Below are positions 52,801 to 64,000 of a stretch of DNA of 64,000 nucleotides, piece after piece (the first letter of the stretch is position 1; every line of letters begins with the position of its first letter). The position numbers and the translations under genes are program-made. This stretch comes from Eledone cirrhosa (Eukaryota): assembly GCA_964016885.1 (NCBI GenBank), contig OZ024742.1, positions 163,990,001 to 164,054,000 on the forward strand. Reading direction: 5' to 3'. Below the pieces are notes generated by a model, which worked only from the letters and a program-made list of their open reading frames with translations, had not been told where the DNA came from and searched no databases.

Positions 52801-55800
52801 CCTTGGACGGCTGGAAATTATCTCCCCTTGGACGGCTGGAAATTATCTCCCCTTGGACGGCTGGAAATTATCTCTCCTCGGACGACTAGAAATTACCTCT
52901 CCTTGGACAGCTGAAAATTATCTCCCCTTGGACGGCTGGAAATTATCTCCCCTTGATTTTTTTTACAAATTATCTCCCCCCGATTTTTTTTTACAAATTA
53001 TCTCCCCCTGATATTTTTTACAAATTATCTCCCCCTGATTTTTTTACAAATTATCTCCCCTTGGCTGGCTGGAAATTATCTCCCCTTGGAGGCTGGAATT
53101 TATCTCCCCTTGGACGGCTAGAAATTACCTCGCCTTGGACGGCTGGAAAATATGTCTCCTTGGACGGCTGGAAATTATCTCCCCTTGGACGGCTGGAAAT
53201 TATCTCCCCTTGGACGGCTGGAAATTATCTCCCTTTGGACGGCTAGATATTACCTCCCCTTGGACGGCTGGAAATTATCTCCCCTTGATTTTTTTTACAA
53301 ATTATCTCCCCCTGATTTTTTTTTACAAATTATCTCCCCCTGATTTTTTTTTACGAATTATCTCCCCCTGATTTTTTTTTACAAATTATCTCCGCCTGAT
53401 TTTTTTTTTTAATTATCTCCCCTTGAACGGCTGGAAATTATCTCCCCTTGGACGGCTGGAAATTATCTCCCCTTGGACGGCTAGAAATTACCTCTCCTTG
53501 GACGGCTGAAAATTATCTCCCCTTGGACGGCTGCAAATTATCTCCCCTTGATTTTTTAACAAATTATCTCCCCCTGATTTTTTTTTACAAATTATCTCCC
53601 CCTGATTTTTTTTTACAAATTATCTACGCCTAATTTTTTTTACAAATTATCTCCCCCTGATTTTTTTTTACAAATTATCTCCCCCTGATTTTTTTTACAA
53701 ATTATCTCCCCCTGATTTTTTTTTACAAATTATTTCCCCCTGATTTTTTTACAAATTATCTCCCCCCTGATTTTTTTTACAATCTCCGCCTGATTTTTTT
53801 AAAAATTATCTTGCCTTGGCTGGCGGGAAATTATCTCCCCTTGGACGGCTGGAAATTATATCCCCTTGGACGGCTGGAAATTACCTCCCCTTGGACAGCT
53901 GGAAATTATCTGCCCTTGATTTTGTTTTTACAAATTATCTCCCCCTGATTTTTTTTACAAATTATCTCCACCTGATTTTTTAAAAAATTATCTCCCCTTG
54001 GACGGCTGGAAATTATCTCCCCTTGATTTTTTTTACAAATTATCTCCCCCTGATTTTTTTTTACAAATTATCTCCCCCTGATTTTTTTTTACAAATTATC
54101 TCCCCCTGATTTTTTTTTACAAATTATCTGCCCTTGATTTTTTTTACAAATTATCTCCCCCTGATTTTTTTACAAATTATCTCCCCTTGGCTGGCTGGAA
54201 ATTATCTCCCCTTGGAGGCTGGAATTTATCTCCCCTTGGACGGCTAGAAATTACCTCTCCTTGGACGGCTGGAAAATATTTCTCCTTGGACGGCTGGATA
54301 TTATCTACCCTTGGACGGGTGGAAATTATCTCCCCTTGGACGGCTGGAAATTATCTCCCCTTGGACGGCTAGATATTACCTCCCCTTGGACGACTGGAAA
54401 TTATCTCCCCTTGATTTTTTTTACAAATTATCTCCCCCTGAATTTTTTTTTACAAATTATCTCCCCCTGATTTTTTTTACAAATTATCTCCGCCTGATTT
54501 TTTTAAATATTATCTTCTCTTGGCTGGCGGGAAATTATCTCCCCTTGGACGGCTGAAAATTATCTCCCCTTGGACGGCTGGAAATTATCTGCCCTTGATT
54601 TTTTTTACAAATTATCTCCCCCTGATTTTTTTTTACAAATTATCTCCCCCTGATTTTTTTTTACAAATTATCTCCCCCTGATTTTTTTTTTACAAATTAT
54701 CTCCCCCTGATTTATTTACAAATTATCTCCCCCTGATTTTTTTTACAAATTATCTCCGCCTGATTTTTTTAAATATTATCTTCTCTTGGCTGGCGGGAAA
54801 TTATCTCCCCTTGGACGGCTGAAAATTATCTCCCCTTGGACGGCTGGAAATTATCTCCCCTTGATTTTTTTTACAAATTATCTCCCCCTGATTTTTTTTT
54901 ACAAATTATCTCCCCCTGATTTTTTTTTACAAATTATCTCCCCCTGATTTTTTTTTACAAATTATCTCCCCCTGATTTTTTTTACAAATTATCTCCCCCT
55001 GATTTTTTTACAAATTATCTCCCCTTGGCTGGCTGGAAATTATCTCCCCTTGGAGGCTGGAATTTATCTCCCCTTGGACGGCTAGAAATTACCTCTCCTT
55101 GGACGGCTGGAAAATATGTCCTTGGACGGCTGGATATTATCTACCCTTGGACGGCTGGAAATTATCTCCCCTTGGACGGCTGGAAATTATCTCCCCTTGG
55201 ACGGCTAGATATTACCTCCCCTTGGACGGCTGGAAATTATCTCCCCTTGATTTTGTTTACAAATTATCTCCCCCTGATTTTTTTTTACAAATTATCTCCC
55301 CCTGATTTTTTTTTACAAATTATCTACCCCTGATTTTTTTTTACAAATTATCTCCCCCTGATTTTTTTTACAAATTATCTCTCCCTGATTTTTTTTTACA
55401 AATTATCTCCCCCTGATTTTTTTTTACAAATTATCTACCCCTGATTTTTTTTTACAAATTATCTCCCCCTGATTTTTTTTACAAATTATCTCCCCCTGAT
55501 TTTTTTTACAAATTATCTCCCCCTGATTTTTTTACAAATTATCTCCCCCCGATTTTTTTTACAAATTATCTCCGCCTAATTTTTTTAAATATTATCTTCC
55601 CTTGGCTGGCGGGAAATTATCTCCCCTTGGACGGCTGAAAATTATCTCCCCTTGGACGGCTGGAAATTATCTCCCATTGATTTTTTTACAAATTATCTCC
55701 CCCTGATTTTTTTTTACAAATTATCTACCCCTGATTTTTTTTTACAAATTATCTCCCCCTGATTTTTTTACAAATTATCTCCCCTTGGCTGGCTGGAAAT

Positions 55801-58800
55801 TATCTCCCCTTGGAGGCTGGAATTTATCTCCCCTTGGACGGCTAGAAATTACCTCTCCTTGGACGGCTGGAAAATATGTCTCCTTGGACGGCTGGATATT
55901 ATCTACCCTTGGACGGCTGGAAATTATCTCCCCTTGGACGGCTGGAAATTATCTCCCCTTGAACGGCTGGAAATTATCTCCCCTTGGACGGCTGGAAATT
56001 ATCTCCCCTTGGACGGCTAGAAATTACCTCTCCTTGGACGGCTGAAAATTATCTCCCCTTGGACGGCTGCAAATTATCTCCCCTTGATTTTTTTAACAAA
56101 TTATCTCCCTCTGATTTTTTTTTACAAATTATCTCCCCCTGATTTTTTTTTACAAATTATCTACGCCTAATTTTTTTTACAAATTATCTCCCCCTGATTT
56201 TTTTTACAAATTATCTCCCCTTGGCTGGCTGGAAATTATCTCCCCTTGGAGGCTGGAATTTATCTCCACTTGGACGGTTAGAAATTACCTCTCCTTGGAC
56301 TGCTGGAAAATATGTCTCCTTGGACGGCTGGAAATTATCTCCCCTTGGACGGCTGGAAATTATCTCCCCTTGGACGGCTGGAAATTATCTCTCCTCGGAC
56401 GACTAGAAATTACCTCTCCTTGGACAGCTGAAAATTATCTCCCCTTGGACGGCTGGAAATTATCTCCCGTTGATTTTTTTTACAAATTATCTCCCCCCGA
56501 TTTTTTTTTACAAATTATCTCCCCCTGATTTTTTTACAAATTATCTCCCCTTGGCTGGCTGGAAATTATCTCCCCTTGGAGGCTGGAATTTATCTCCCCT
56601 TGGACGGCTAGAAATTACCTCGCCTTGGACGGCTGGAAAATATGTCTCCTTGGACGGCTGGAAATTATCTCCCCTTGGACGGCTGGAAATTATCTCCCCT
56701 TGGACGGCTGGAAATTATCTCCCTTTGGACGGCTAGATATTACCTCCCCTTGGACGGCTGGAAATTATCTCCCCTTGATTTTTTTTACAAATTATCTCCC
56801 CCTGATTTTTTTTTACAAATTATCTCCCCCTGATTTTTTTTTACGAATTATCTCCCCCTGATTTTTTTTTACAAATTATCTCCGCCTGATTTTTTTTTTT
56901 AAATTATCTCCCCTTGAACGGCTGGAAATTATCTCCCCTTGGACGGCTGGAAATTATCTCCCCTTGGACGGCTAGAAATTACCTCTCCTTGGACGGCTGA
57001 AAATTATCTCCCCTTGGACGGCTGCAAATTATCTCCCCTTGATTTTTTAACAAATTATCTCCCCCTGATTTTTTTTTACAAATTATCTCCCCCTGATTTT
57101 TTTTTACAAATTATCTACGCCTAATTTTTTTTACAAATTATCTCCCCCTGATTTTTTTTTACAAATTATCTCCCCCTGATTTTTTTTACAAATTATCTCC
57201 CCCTGATTTTTTTTTACAAATTATTTCCCCCTGATTTTTTTACAAATTATCTCCCCCCTGATTTTTTTTACAATCTCCGCCTGATTTTTTTAAAAATTAT
57301 CTTGCCTTGGCTGGCGGGAAATTATCTCCCCTTGGACGGCTGGAAATTATATCCCCTTGGACGGCTGGAAATTACCTCCCCTTGGACAGCTGGAAATTAT
57401 CTGCCCTTGATTTTGTTTTTACAAATTATCTCCCCCTGATTTTTTTTACAAATTATCTCCACCTGATTTTTTAAAAAATTATCTCCCCTTGGACGGCTGG
57501 AAATTATCTCCCCTTGATTTTTTTTACAAATTATCTCCCCCTGATTTTTTTTTACAAATTATCTCCCCCTGATTTTTTTTTACAAATTATCTCCCCCTGA
57601 TTTTTTTTTACAAATTATCTGCCCCTGATTTTTTTTACAAATTATCTCCCCCTGATTTTTTTACAAATTATCTCCCCTTGGCTGGCTGGAAATTATCTCC
57701 CCTTGGAGGCTGGAATTTATCTCCCCTTGGACGGCTAGAAATTACCTCTCCTTGGACGGCTGGAAAATATTTCTCCTTGGACGGCTGGATATTATCTACC
57801 CTTGGACGGGTGGAAATTATCTCCCCTTGGACGGCTGGAAATTATCTCCCCTTGGACGGCTAGATATTACCTCCCCTTGGACGACTGGAAATTATCTCCC
57901 CTTGATTTTTTTTACAAATTATCTCCCCCTGAATTTTTTTTTACAAATTATCTCCCCCTGATTTTTTTTACAAATTATCTCCGCCTGATTTTTTTAAATA
58001 TTATCTTCTCTTGGCTGGCGGGAAATTATCTCCCCTTGGACGGCTGAAAATTATCTCCCCTTGGACGGCTGGAAATTATCTGCCCTTGATTTTTTTTACA
58101 AATTATCTCCCCCTGATTTTTTTTTACAAATTATCTCCCCCTGATTTTTTTTTACAAATTATCTCCCCCTGATTTTTTTTTTACAAATTATCTCCCCCTG
58201 ATTTATTTACAAATTATCTCCCCCTGATTTTTTTTACAAATTATCTCCGCCTGATTTTTTTAAATATTATCTTCTCTTGGCTGGCGGGAAATTATCTCCC
58301 CTTGGACGGCTGAAAATTATCTCCCCTTGGACGGCTGGAAATTATCTCCCCTTGATTTTTTTTACAAATTATCTCCCCCTGATTTTTTTTTACAAATTAT
58401 CTCCCCCTGATTTTTTTTTACAAATTATCTCCCCCTGATTTTTTTTTACAAATTATCTCCCCCTGATTTTTTTTACAAATTATCTCCCCCTGATTTTTTT
58501 ACAAATTATCTCCCCTTGGCTGGCTGGAAATTATCTCCCCTTGGAGGCTGGAATTTATCTCCCCTTGGACGGCTAGAAATTACCTCTCCTTGGACGGCTG
58601 GAAAATATGTCCTTGGACGGCTGGATATTATCTACCCTTGGACGGCTGGAAATTATCTCCCCTTGGACGGCTGGAAATTATCTCCCCTTGGACGGCTAGA
58701 TATTACCTCCCCTTGGACGGCTGGAAATTATCTCCCCTTGATTTTGTTTACAAATTATCTCCCCCTGATTTTTTTTTACAAATTATCTCCCCCTGATTTT

Positions 58801-61800
58801 TTTTTACAAATTATCTACCCCTGATTTTTTTTTACAAATTATCTCCCCCTGATTTTTTTTACAAATTATCTCTCCCTGATTTTTTTTTACAAATTATCTC
58901 CCCCTGATTTTTTTTTACAAATTATCTACCCCTGATTTTTTTTTACAAATTATCTCCCCCTGATTTTTTTTACAAATTATCTCCCCCTGATTTTTTTTAC
59001 AAATTATCTCCCCCTGATTTTTTTACAAATTATCTCCCCCCGATTTTTTTTACAAATTATCTCCGCCTAATTTTTTTAAATATTATCTTCCCTTGGCTGG
59101 CGGGAAATTATCTCCCCTTGGACGGCTGAAAATTATCTCCCCTTGGACGGCTGGAAATTATCTCCCATTGATTTTTTTACAAATTATCTCCCCCTGATTT
59201 TTTTTTACAAATTATCTACCCCTGATTTTTTTTTACAAATTATCTCCCCCTGATTTTTTTACAAATTATCTCCCCTTGGCTGGCTGGAAATTATCTCCCC
59301 TTGGAGGCTGGAATTTATCTCCCCTTGGACGGCTAGAAATTACCTCTCCTTGGACGGCTGGAAAATATGTCTCCTTGGACGGCTGGATATTATCTACCCT
59401 TGGACGGCTGGAAATTATCTCCCCTTGGACGGCTGGAAATTATCTCCCCTTGAACGGCTGGAAATTATCTCCCCTTGGACGGCTGGAAATTATCTCCCCT
59501 TGGACGGCTAGAAATTACCTCTCCTTGGACGGCTGAAAATTATCTCCCCTTGGACGGCTGCAAATTATCTCCCCTTGATTTTTTTAACAAATTATCTCCC
59601 CCTGATTTTTTTTTACAAATTATCTCCCCCTGATTTTTTTTTACAAATTATCTACGCCTAATTTTTTTTACAAATTATCTCCCCCTGATTTTTTTTACAA
59701 ATTATCTCCCCTTGGCTGGCTGGAAATTATCTCCCCTTGGAGGCTGGAATTTATCTCCACTTGGACGGTTAGAAATTACCTCTCCTTGGACTGCTGGAAA
59801 ATATGTCTCCTTGGACGGCTGGAAATTATCTCCCCTTGGACGGCTGGAAATTATCTCCCCTTGGACGGCTGGAAATTATCTCTCCTCGGACGACTAGAAA
59901 TTACCTCTCCTTGGACAGCTGAAAATTATCTCCCCTTGGACGGCTGGAAATTATCTCCCCTTGATTTTTTTTACAAATTATCTCCCCCCGATTTTTTTTT
60001 ACAAATTATCTCCCCCTGATTTTTTTTTACAAATTATCTCCCCCTGATTTTTTTTACAAATTATCTCCCCCTGATATTTTTTACAAATTATCTCCCCCTG
60101 ATTTTTTTACAAATTATCTCCCCTTGGCTGGCTGGAAATTATCTCCCCTTGGAGGCTGGAATTTATCTCCCCTTGGACGGCTAGAAATTACCTCGCCTTG
60201 GACGGCTGGAAAATATGTCTCCTTGGACGGCTGGAAATTATCTCCCCTTGGACGGCTGGAAATTATCTCCCCTTGGACGGCTGGAAATTATCTCCCTTTG
60301 GACGGCTAGATATTACCTCCCCTTGGACGGCTGGAAATTATCTCCCCTTGATTTTTTTTACAAATTATCTCCCCCTGATTTTTTTTTACAAATTATCTCC
60401 CCCTGATTTTTTTTTACGAATTATCTCCCCCTGATTTTTTTTTACAAATTATCTCCGCCTGATTTTTTTTTTAAAATTATCTCCCCTTGAACGGCTGGAA
60501 ATTATCTCCCCTTGGACGGCTGGAAATTATCTCCCCTTGGACGGCTAGAAATTACCTCTCCTTGGACGGCTGAAAATTATCTCCCCTTGGACGGCTGCAA
60601 ATTATCTCCCCTTGATTTTTTAACAAATTATCTCCCCCTGATTTTTTTTTACAAATTATCTCCCCCTGATTTTTTTTTACAAATTATCTACGCCTAATTT
60701 TTTTTACAAATTATCTCCCCCTGATTTTTTTTTACAAATTATCTCCCCCTGATTTTTTTTACAAATCATCTCCCCCTGATTTTTTTTTACAAATTATTTC
60801 CCCCTGATTTTTTTACAAATTATCTCCCCCCTGATTTTTTTTACAATCTCCGCCTGATTTTTTTAAAAATTATCTTGCCTTGGCTGGCGGGAAATTATCT
60901 CCCCTTGGACGGCTGGAAATTATATCCCCTTGGACGGCTGGAAATTACCTCCCCTTGGACAGCTGGAAATTATCTGCCCTTGATTTTGTTTTTACAAATT
61001 ATCTCCCCCTGATTTTTTTTACAAATTATCTCCACCTGATTTTTTAAAAAATTATCTCCCCTTGGACGGCTGGAAATTATCTCCCCTTGATTTTTTTTAC
61101 AAATTATCTCCCCCTGATTTTTTTTTACAAATTATCTCCCCCTGATTTTTTTTTACAAATTATCTCCCCCTGATTTTTTTTTACAAATTATCTGCCCCTG
61201 ATTTTTTTTACAAATTATCTCCCCCTGATTTTTTTACAAATTATCTCCCCTTGGCTGGCTGGAAATTATCTCCCCTTGGAGGCTGGAATTTATCTCCCCT
61301 TGGACGGCTAGAAATTACCTCTCCTTGGACGGCTGGAAAATATTTCTCCTTGGACGGCTGGATATTATCTACCCTTGGACGGGTGGAAATTATCTCCCCT
61401 TGGACGGCTGGAAATTATCTCCCCTTGGACGGCTAGATATTACCTCCCCTTGGACGACTGGAAATTATCTCCCCTTGATTTTTTTTACAAATTATCTCCC
61501 CCTGAATTTTTTTTTACAAATTATCTCCCCCTGATTTTTTTTACAAATTATCTCCGCCTGATTTTTTTAAATATTATCTTCTCTTGGCTGGCGGGAAATT
61601 ATCTCCCCTTGGACGGCTGAAAATTATCTCCCCTTGGACGGCTGGAAATTATCTCCCCTTGATTTTTTTTACAAATTATCTCCCCCTGATTTTTTTTTAC
61701 AAATTATCTCCCCCTGATTTTTTTTTACAAATTATCTCCCCCTGATTTTTTTTTTACAAATTATCTCCCCCTGATTTATTTACAAATTATCTCCCCCTGA

Positions 61801-62220
61801 TTTTTTTTACAAATTATCTCCGCCTGATTTTTTTAAATATTATCTTCTCTTGGCTGGCGGGAAATTATCTCCCCTTGGACGGCTGAAAATTATCTCCCCT
61901 TGGACGGCTGGAAATTATCTCCCCTTGATTTTTTTTACAAATTATCTCCCCCTGATTTTTTTTTACAAATTATCTCCCCCTGATTTTTTTTTACAAATTA
62001 TCTCCCCCTGATTTTTTTTTACAAATTATCTCCCCCTGATTTTTTTTACAAATTATCTCCCCCTGATTTTTTTACAAATTATCTCCCCTTGGCTGGCTGG
62101 AAATTATCTCCCCTTGGAGGCTGGAATTTATCTCCCCTTGGACGGCTAGAAATTACCTCTCCTTGGACGGCTGGAAAATATGTCCTTGGACGGCTGGATA
62201 TTATCTCCCCTTGGACGGCT
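43861..62220. repeat. ~19.5-19.8-kb super-repeat, unit 2
   Basis: Collinear copy of unit 1 with monomer-multiple indels, including a 238-bp loss near 46000 (offset falls from 19812 to 19574). The right boundary is approximate. Confidence 0.8.
50500..50966. repeat. Diverged-monomer island, copy 3
   Basis: Same variant cluster, offset 19546 from copy 2 (ORF starts 30620/50166, 31496/51042). Confidence 0.9.
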
Positions 62221-64000
62221 GGAAATTATCTCCCCTTGGACGGCTAGAAATTACCTCTCCTTGGACGGCTGAAAATTATCTCCCCTTGAACGGCTGGAAA
62301 TTATCTCCCCTTGGACGGCTGGAAATTATCTCCCCTTGGACGGCTAGATATTACCTCCCCTTGGACGGCTGGAAATTATCTCCCCTTGATTTTTTTTACA
62401 AATTATCCCCCCCTGATTTTTTTTTACAAATTATCTCCCCCTGATTTTTTTTTACAAATTATCTACCCCTGATTTTTTTTTACAAATTATCTCCCCCTGA
62501 TTTTTTTTACAAATTATCTCTCCCTGATTTTTTTTTACAAATTATCTCCACCTGATTTTTTGTTACAAATTATCTACCCCTGATTTTTTTTTACAAATTA
62601 TCTCCCCCTGATTTTTTTTACAAATTATCTCCCCCTGATTTTTTTTACAAATTATCTCCCCCTGATTTTTTTACAAATTATCTCCCCCCGATTTTTTTTA
62701 TAAATTATCTCCGCCTAATTTTTTTAAATATTATCTTCCCTTGGCTGGCGGGAAATTATCTCCCCTTGGACGGCTGAAAATTATCTCCCCTTGGACGGCT
62801 GGAAATTATCTCCCCTTGATTTTTTTACAAATTATCTCCCCCTGATTATTTTTTACAAATTATCTCCCCCTAATTTTTTTTTACAAATTATCTCCCTCTG
62901 ATTTTTTTTACAAATTATCTCCCCTTGGCTGGCTGGAAATTATCTCCCCTTGGAGGCTGGAATTTATCTCCACTTGGACGGTTAGAAATTACCTCTCCTT
63001 GGACTGCTGGAAAATATGTCTCCTTGGACGGCTGGAAATTATCTCCCCTTGGACGGCTGGAAATTATCTCCCCTTGGACGGCTGGAAATTATCTCTCCTC
63101 GGACGACTAGAAATTACCTCTCCTTGGACAGCTGAAAATTATCTCCCCTTGGACGGCTGGAAATTATCTCCCCTTGATTTTTTTTACAAATTATCTCCCC
63201 CCGATTTTTTTTTACAAATTATCTCCCCCTGATATTTTTTACAAATTATCTCCCCCTGATTTTTTTACAAATTATCTCCCCTTGGCTGGCTGGAAATTAT
63301 CTCCCCTTGGAGGCTGGAATTTATCTCCCCTTGGACGGCTAGAAATTACCTCGCCTTGGACGGCTGGAAAATATGTCTCCTTGGACGGCTGGAAATTATC
63401 TCCCCTTGGACGGCTGGAAATTATCTCCCCTTGGACGGCTGGAAATTATCTCCCTTTGGACGGCTAGATATTACCTCCCCTTGGACGGCTGGAAATTATC
63501 TCCCCTTGATTTTTTTTACAAATTATCTCCCCCTGATTTTTTTTTACAAATTATCTCCCCCTGATTTTTTTTTACGAATTATCTCCCCCTGATTTTTTTT
63601 TACAAATTATCTCCGCCTGATTTTTTTTTTTAAATTATCTCCCCTTGAACGGCTGGAAATTATCTCCCCTTGGACGGCTGGAAATTATCTCCCCTTGGAC
63701 GGCTAGAAATTACCTCTCCTTGGACGGCTGAAAATTATCTCCCCTTGGACGGCTGCAAATTATCTCCCCTTGATTTTTTAACAAATTATCTCCCCCTGAT
63801 TTTTTTTTACAAATTATCTCCCCCTGATTTTTTTTTACAAATTATCTACGCCTAATTTTTTTTACAAATTATCTCCCCCTGATTTTTTTTTACAAATTAT
63901 CTCCCCCTGATTTTTTTTACAAATTATCTCCCCCTGATTTTTTTTTACAAATTATTTCCCCCTGATTTTTTTACAAATTATCTCCCCCCTGATTTTTTTT
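52704..64000. repeat. Three full copies plus a partial fourth of the ~3.2-3.5 kb higher-order unit
   Basis: The marker block starts at 52704, 56221, 59712 and 62925. Other markers recur at 54187/57678/61251 and 55785/59276. Confidence 0.88.

Larger units (their letters stand above)
1..64000. repeat. Composite tandem satellite array of two monomers sharing core AAATTATCTCCCC: A = AAATTATCTCCCCTTGGACGGCTGG (25 bp), B = AAATTATCTCCCCCTGA(T)7-10AC (26-29 bp); runs off both window ends
   Basis: The core or a close variant recurs about every 25-28 bp from the first line to the last, always in the same orientation. I saw no unique sequence or inversion. Confidence 0.99.

Noticed and set aside
503-63855. 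Several hundred short plus-strand ORFs with motifs GWKLSPLGRLEIISPWTAGNYLPLD and FFYKLSPPD
   Set aside because: Monomer A has no stop codon in any plus frame, and its 25-bp period makes all three frames give the same cyclic peptide. ORFs overlap in all frames, mostly start at TTG, and shift frame with T-tract length. The minus strand lacks ORFs because each core contains TAA. These are repeat artefacts.
1-64000. CRISPR-like layout of a constant repeat plus variable spacer
   Set aside because: The constant part is only 13 bp, the 'spacers' are 12-16 bp and of two recurring types rather than unique, and there is no leader or cas gene.
1-64000. Telomerase-made telomeric array (C-rich/G-rich strand asymmetry, 25-bp unit as in some yeasts)
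   Set aside because: Point variants are inherited in kb-scale higher-order blocks, which indicates DNA-level duplication rather than repeated copying of an RNA template. It matches no telomere motif I know. A subtelomeric location is not excluded.
1-64000. G-quadruplex or i-motif potential from G4-5 runs on the minus strand
   Set aside because: There is only one run per monomer, so loops would be about 21-23 nt, far longer than canonical stable G4 loops.
1-64000. Synthetic or sequencing concatemer artefact
   Set aside because: Hierarchically shared variants and copy-specific indels show an evolutionary history that simple concatemer artefacts would not produce. Exact copy number still needs read validation.

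Overview
The whole 64 kb window is one uninterrupted, single-orientation tandem satellite array. I see no credible protein or RNA gene, transposon or CRISPR array. It is built from two short monomers sharing a 13-bp core, AAATTATCTCCCC. Monomer A is AAATTATCTCCCC-TTGGACGGCTGG (25 bp, 52% GC) and monomer B is AAATTATCTCCCC-CTGA(T)7-10AC (26-29 bp, about 30% GC). There are roughly 2,400-2,500 monomers (64 kb divided by about 26 bp). Runs of A alternate with runs of B, joined by stereotyped junction monomers, giving modules of about 0.4-0.8 kb. These modules are nested into higher-order repeats with offsets of about 0.57, 1.25, 1.6, 3.5, 4.9, 7.9-8.3, 10.2 and 19.5-19.8 kb, read from diagnostic variants and from recurring translations in the ORF track. 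All listed ORFs are explained as read-through of the stop-free 25-bp monomer. The architecture fits eukaryotic heterochromatic (possibly peri/centromeric) satellite DNA from a long-read assembly. That is an inference, and I do not recognise the family or the organism.
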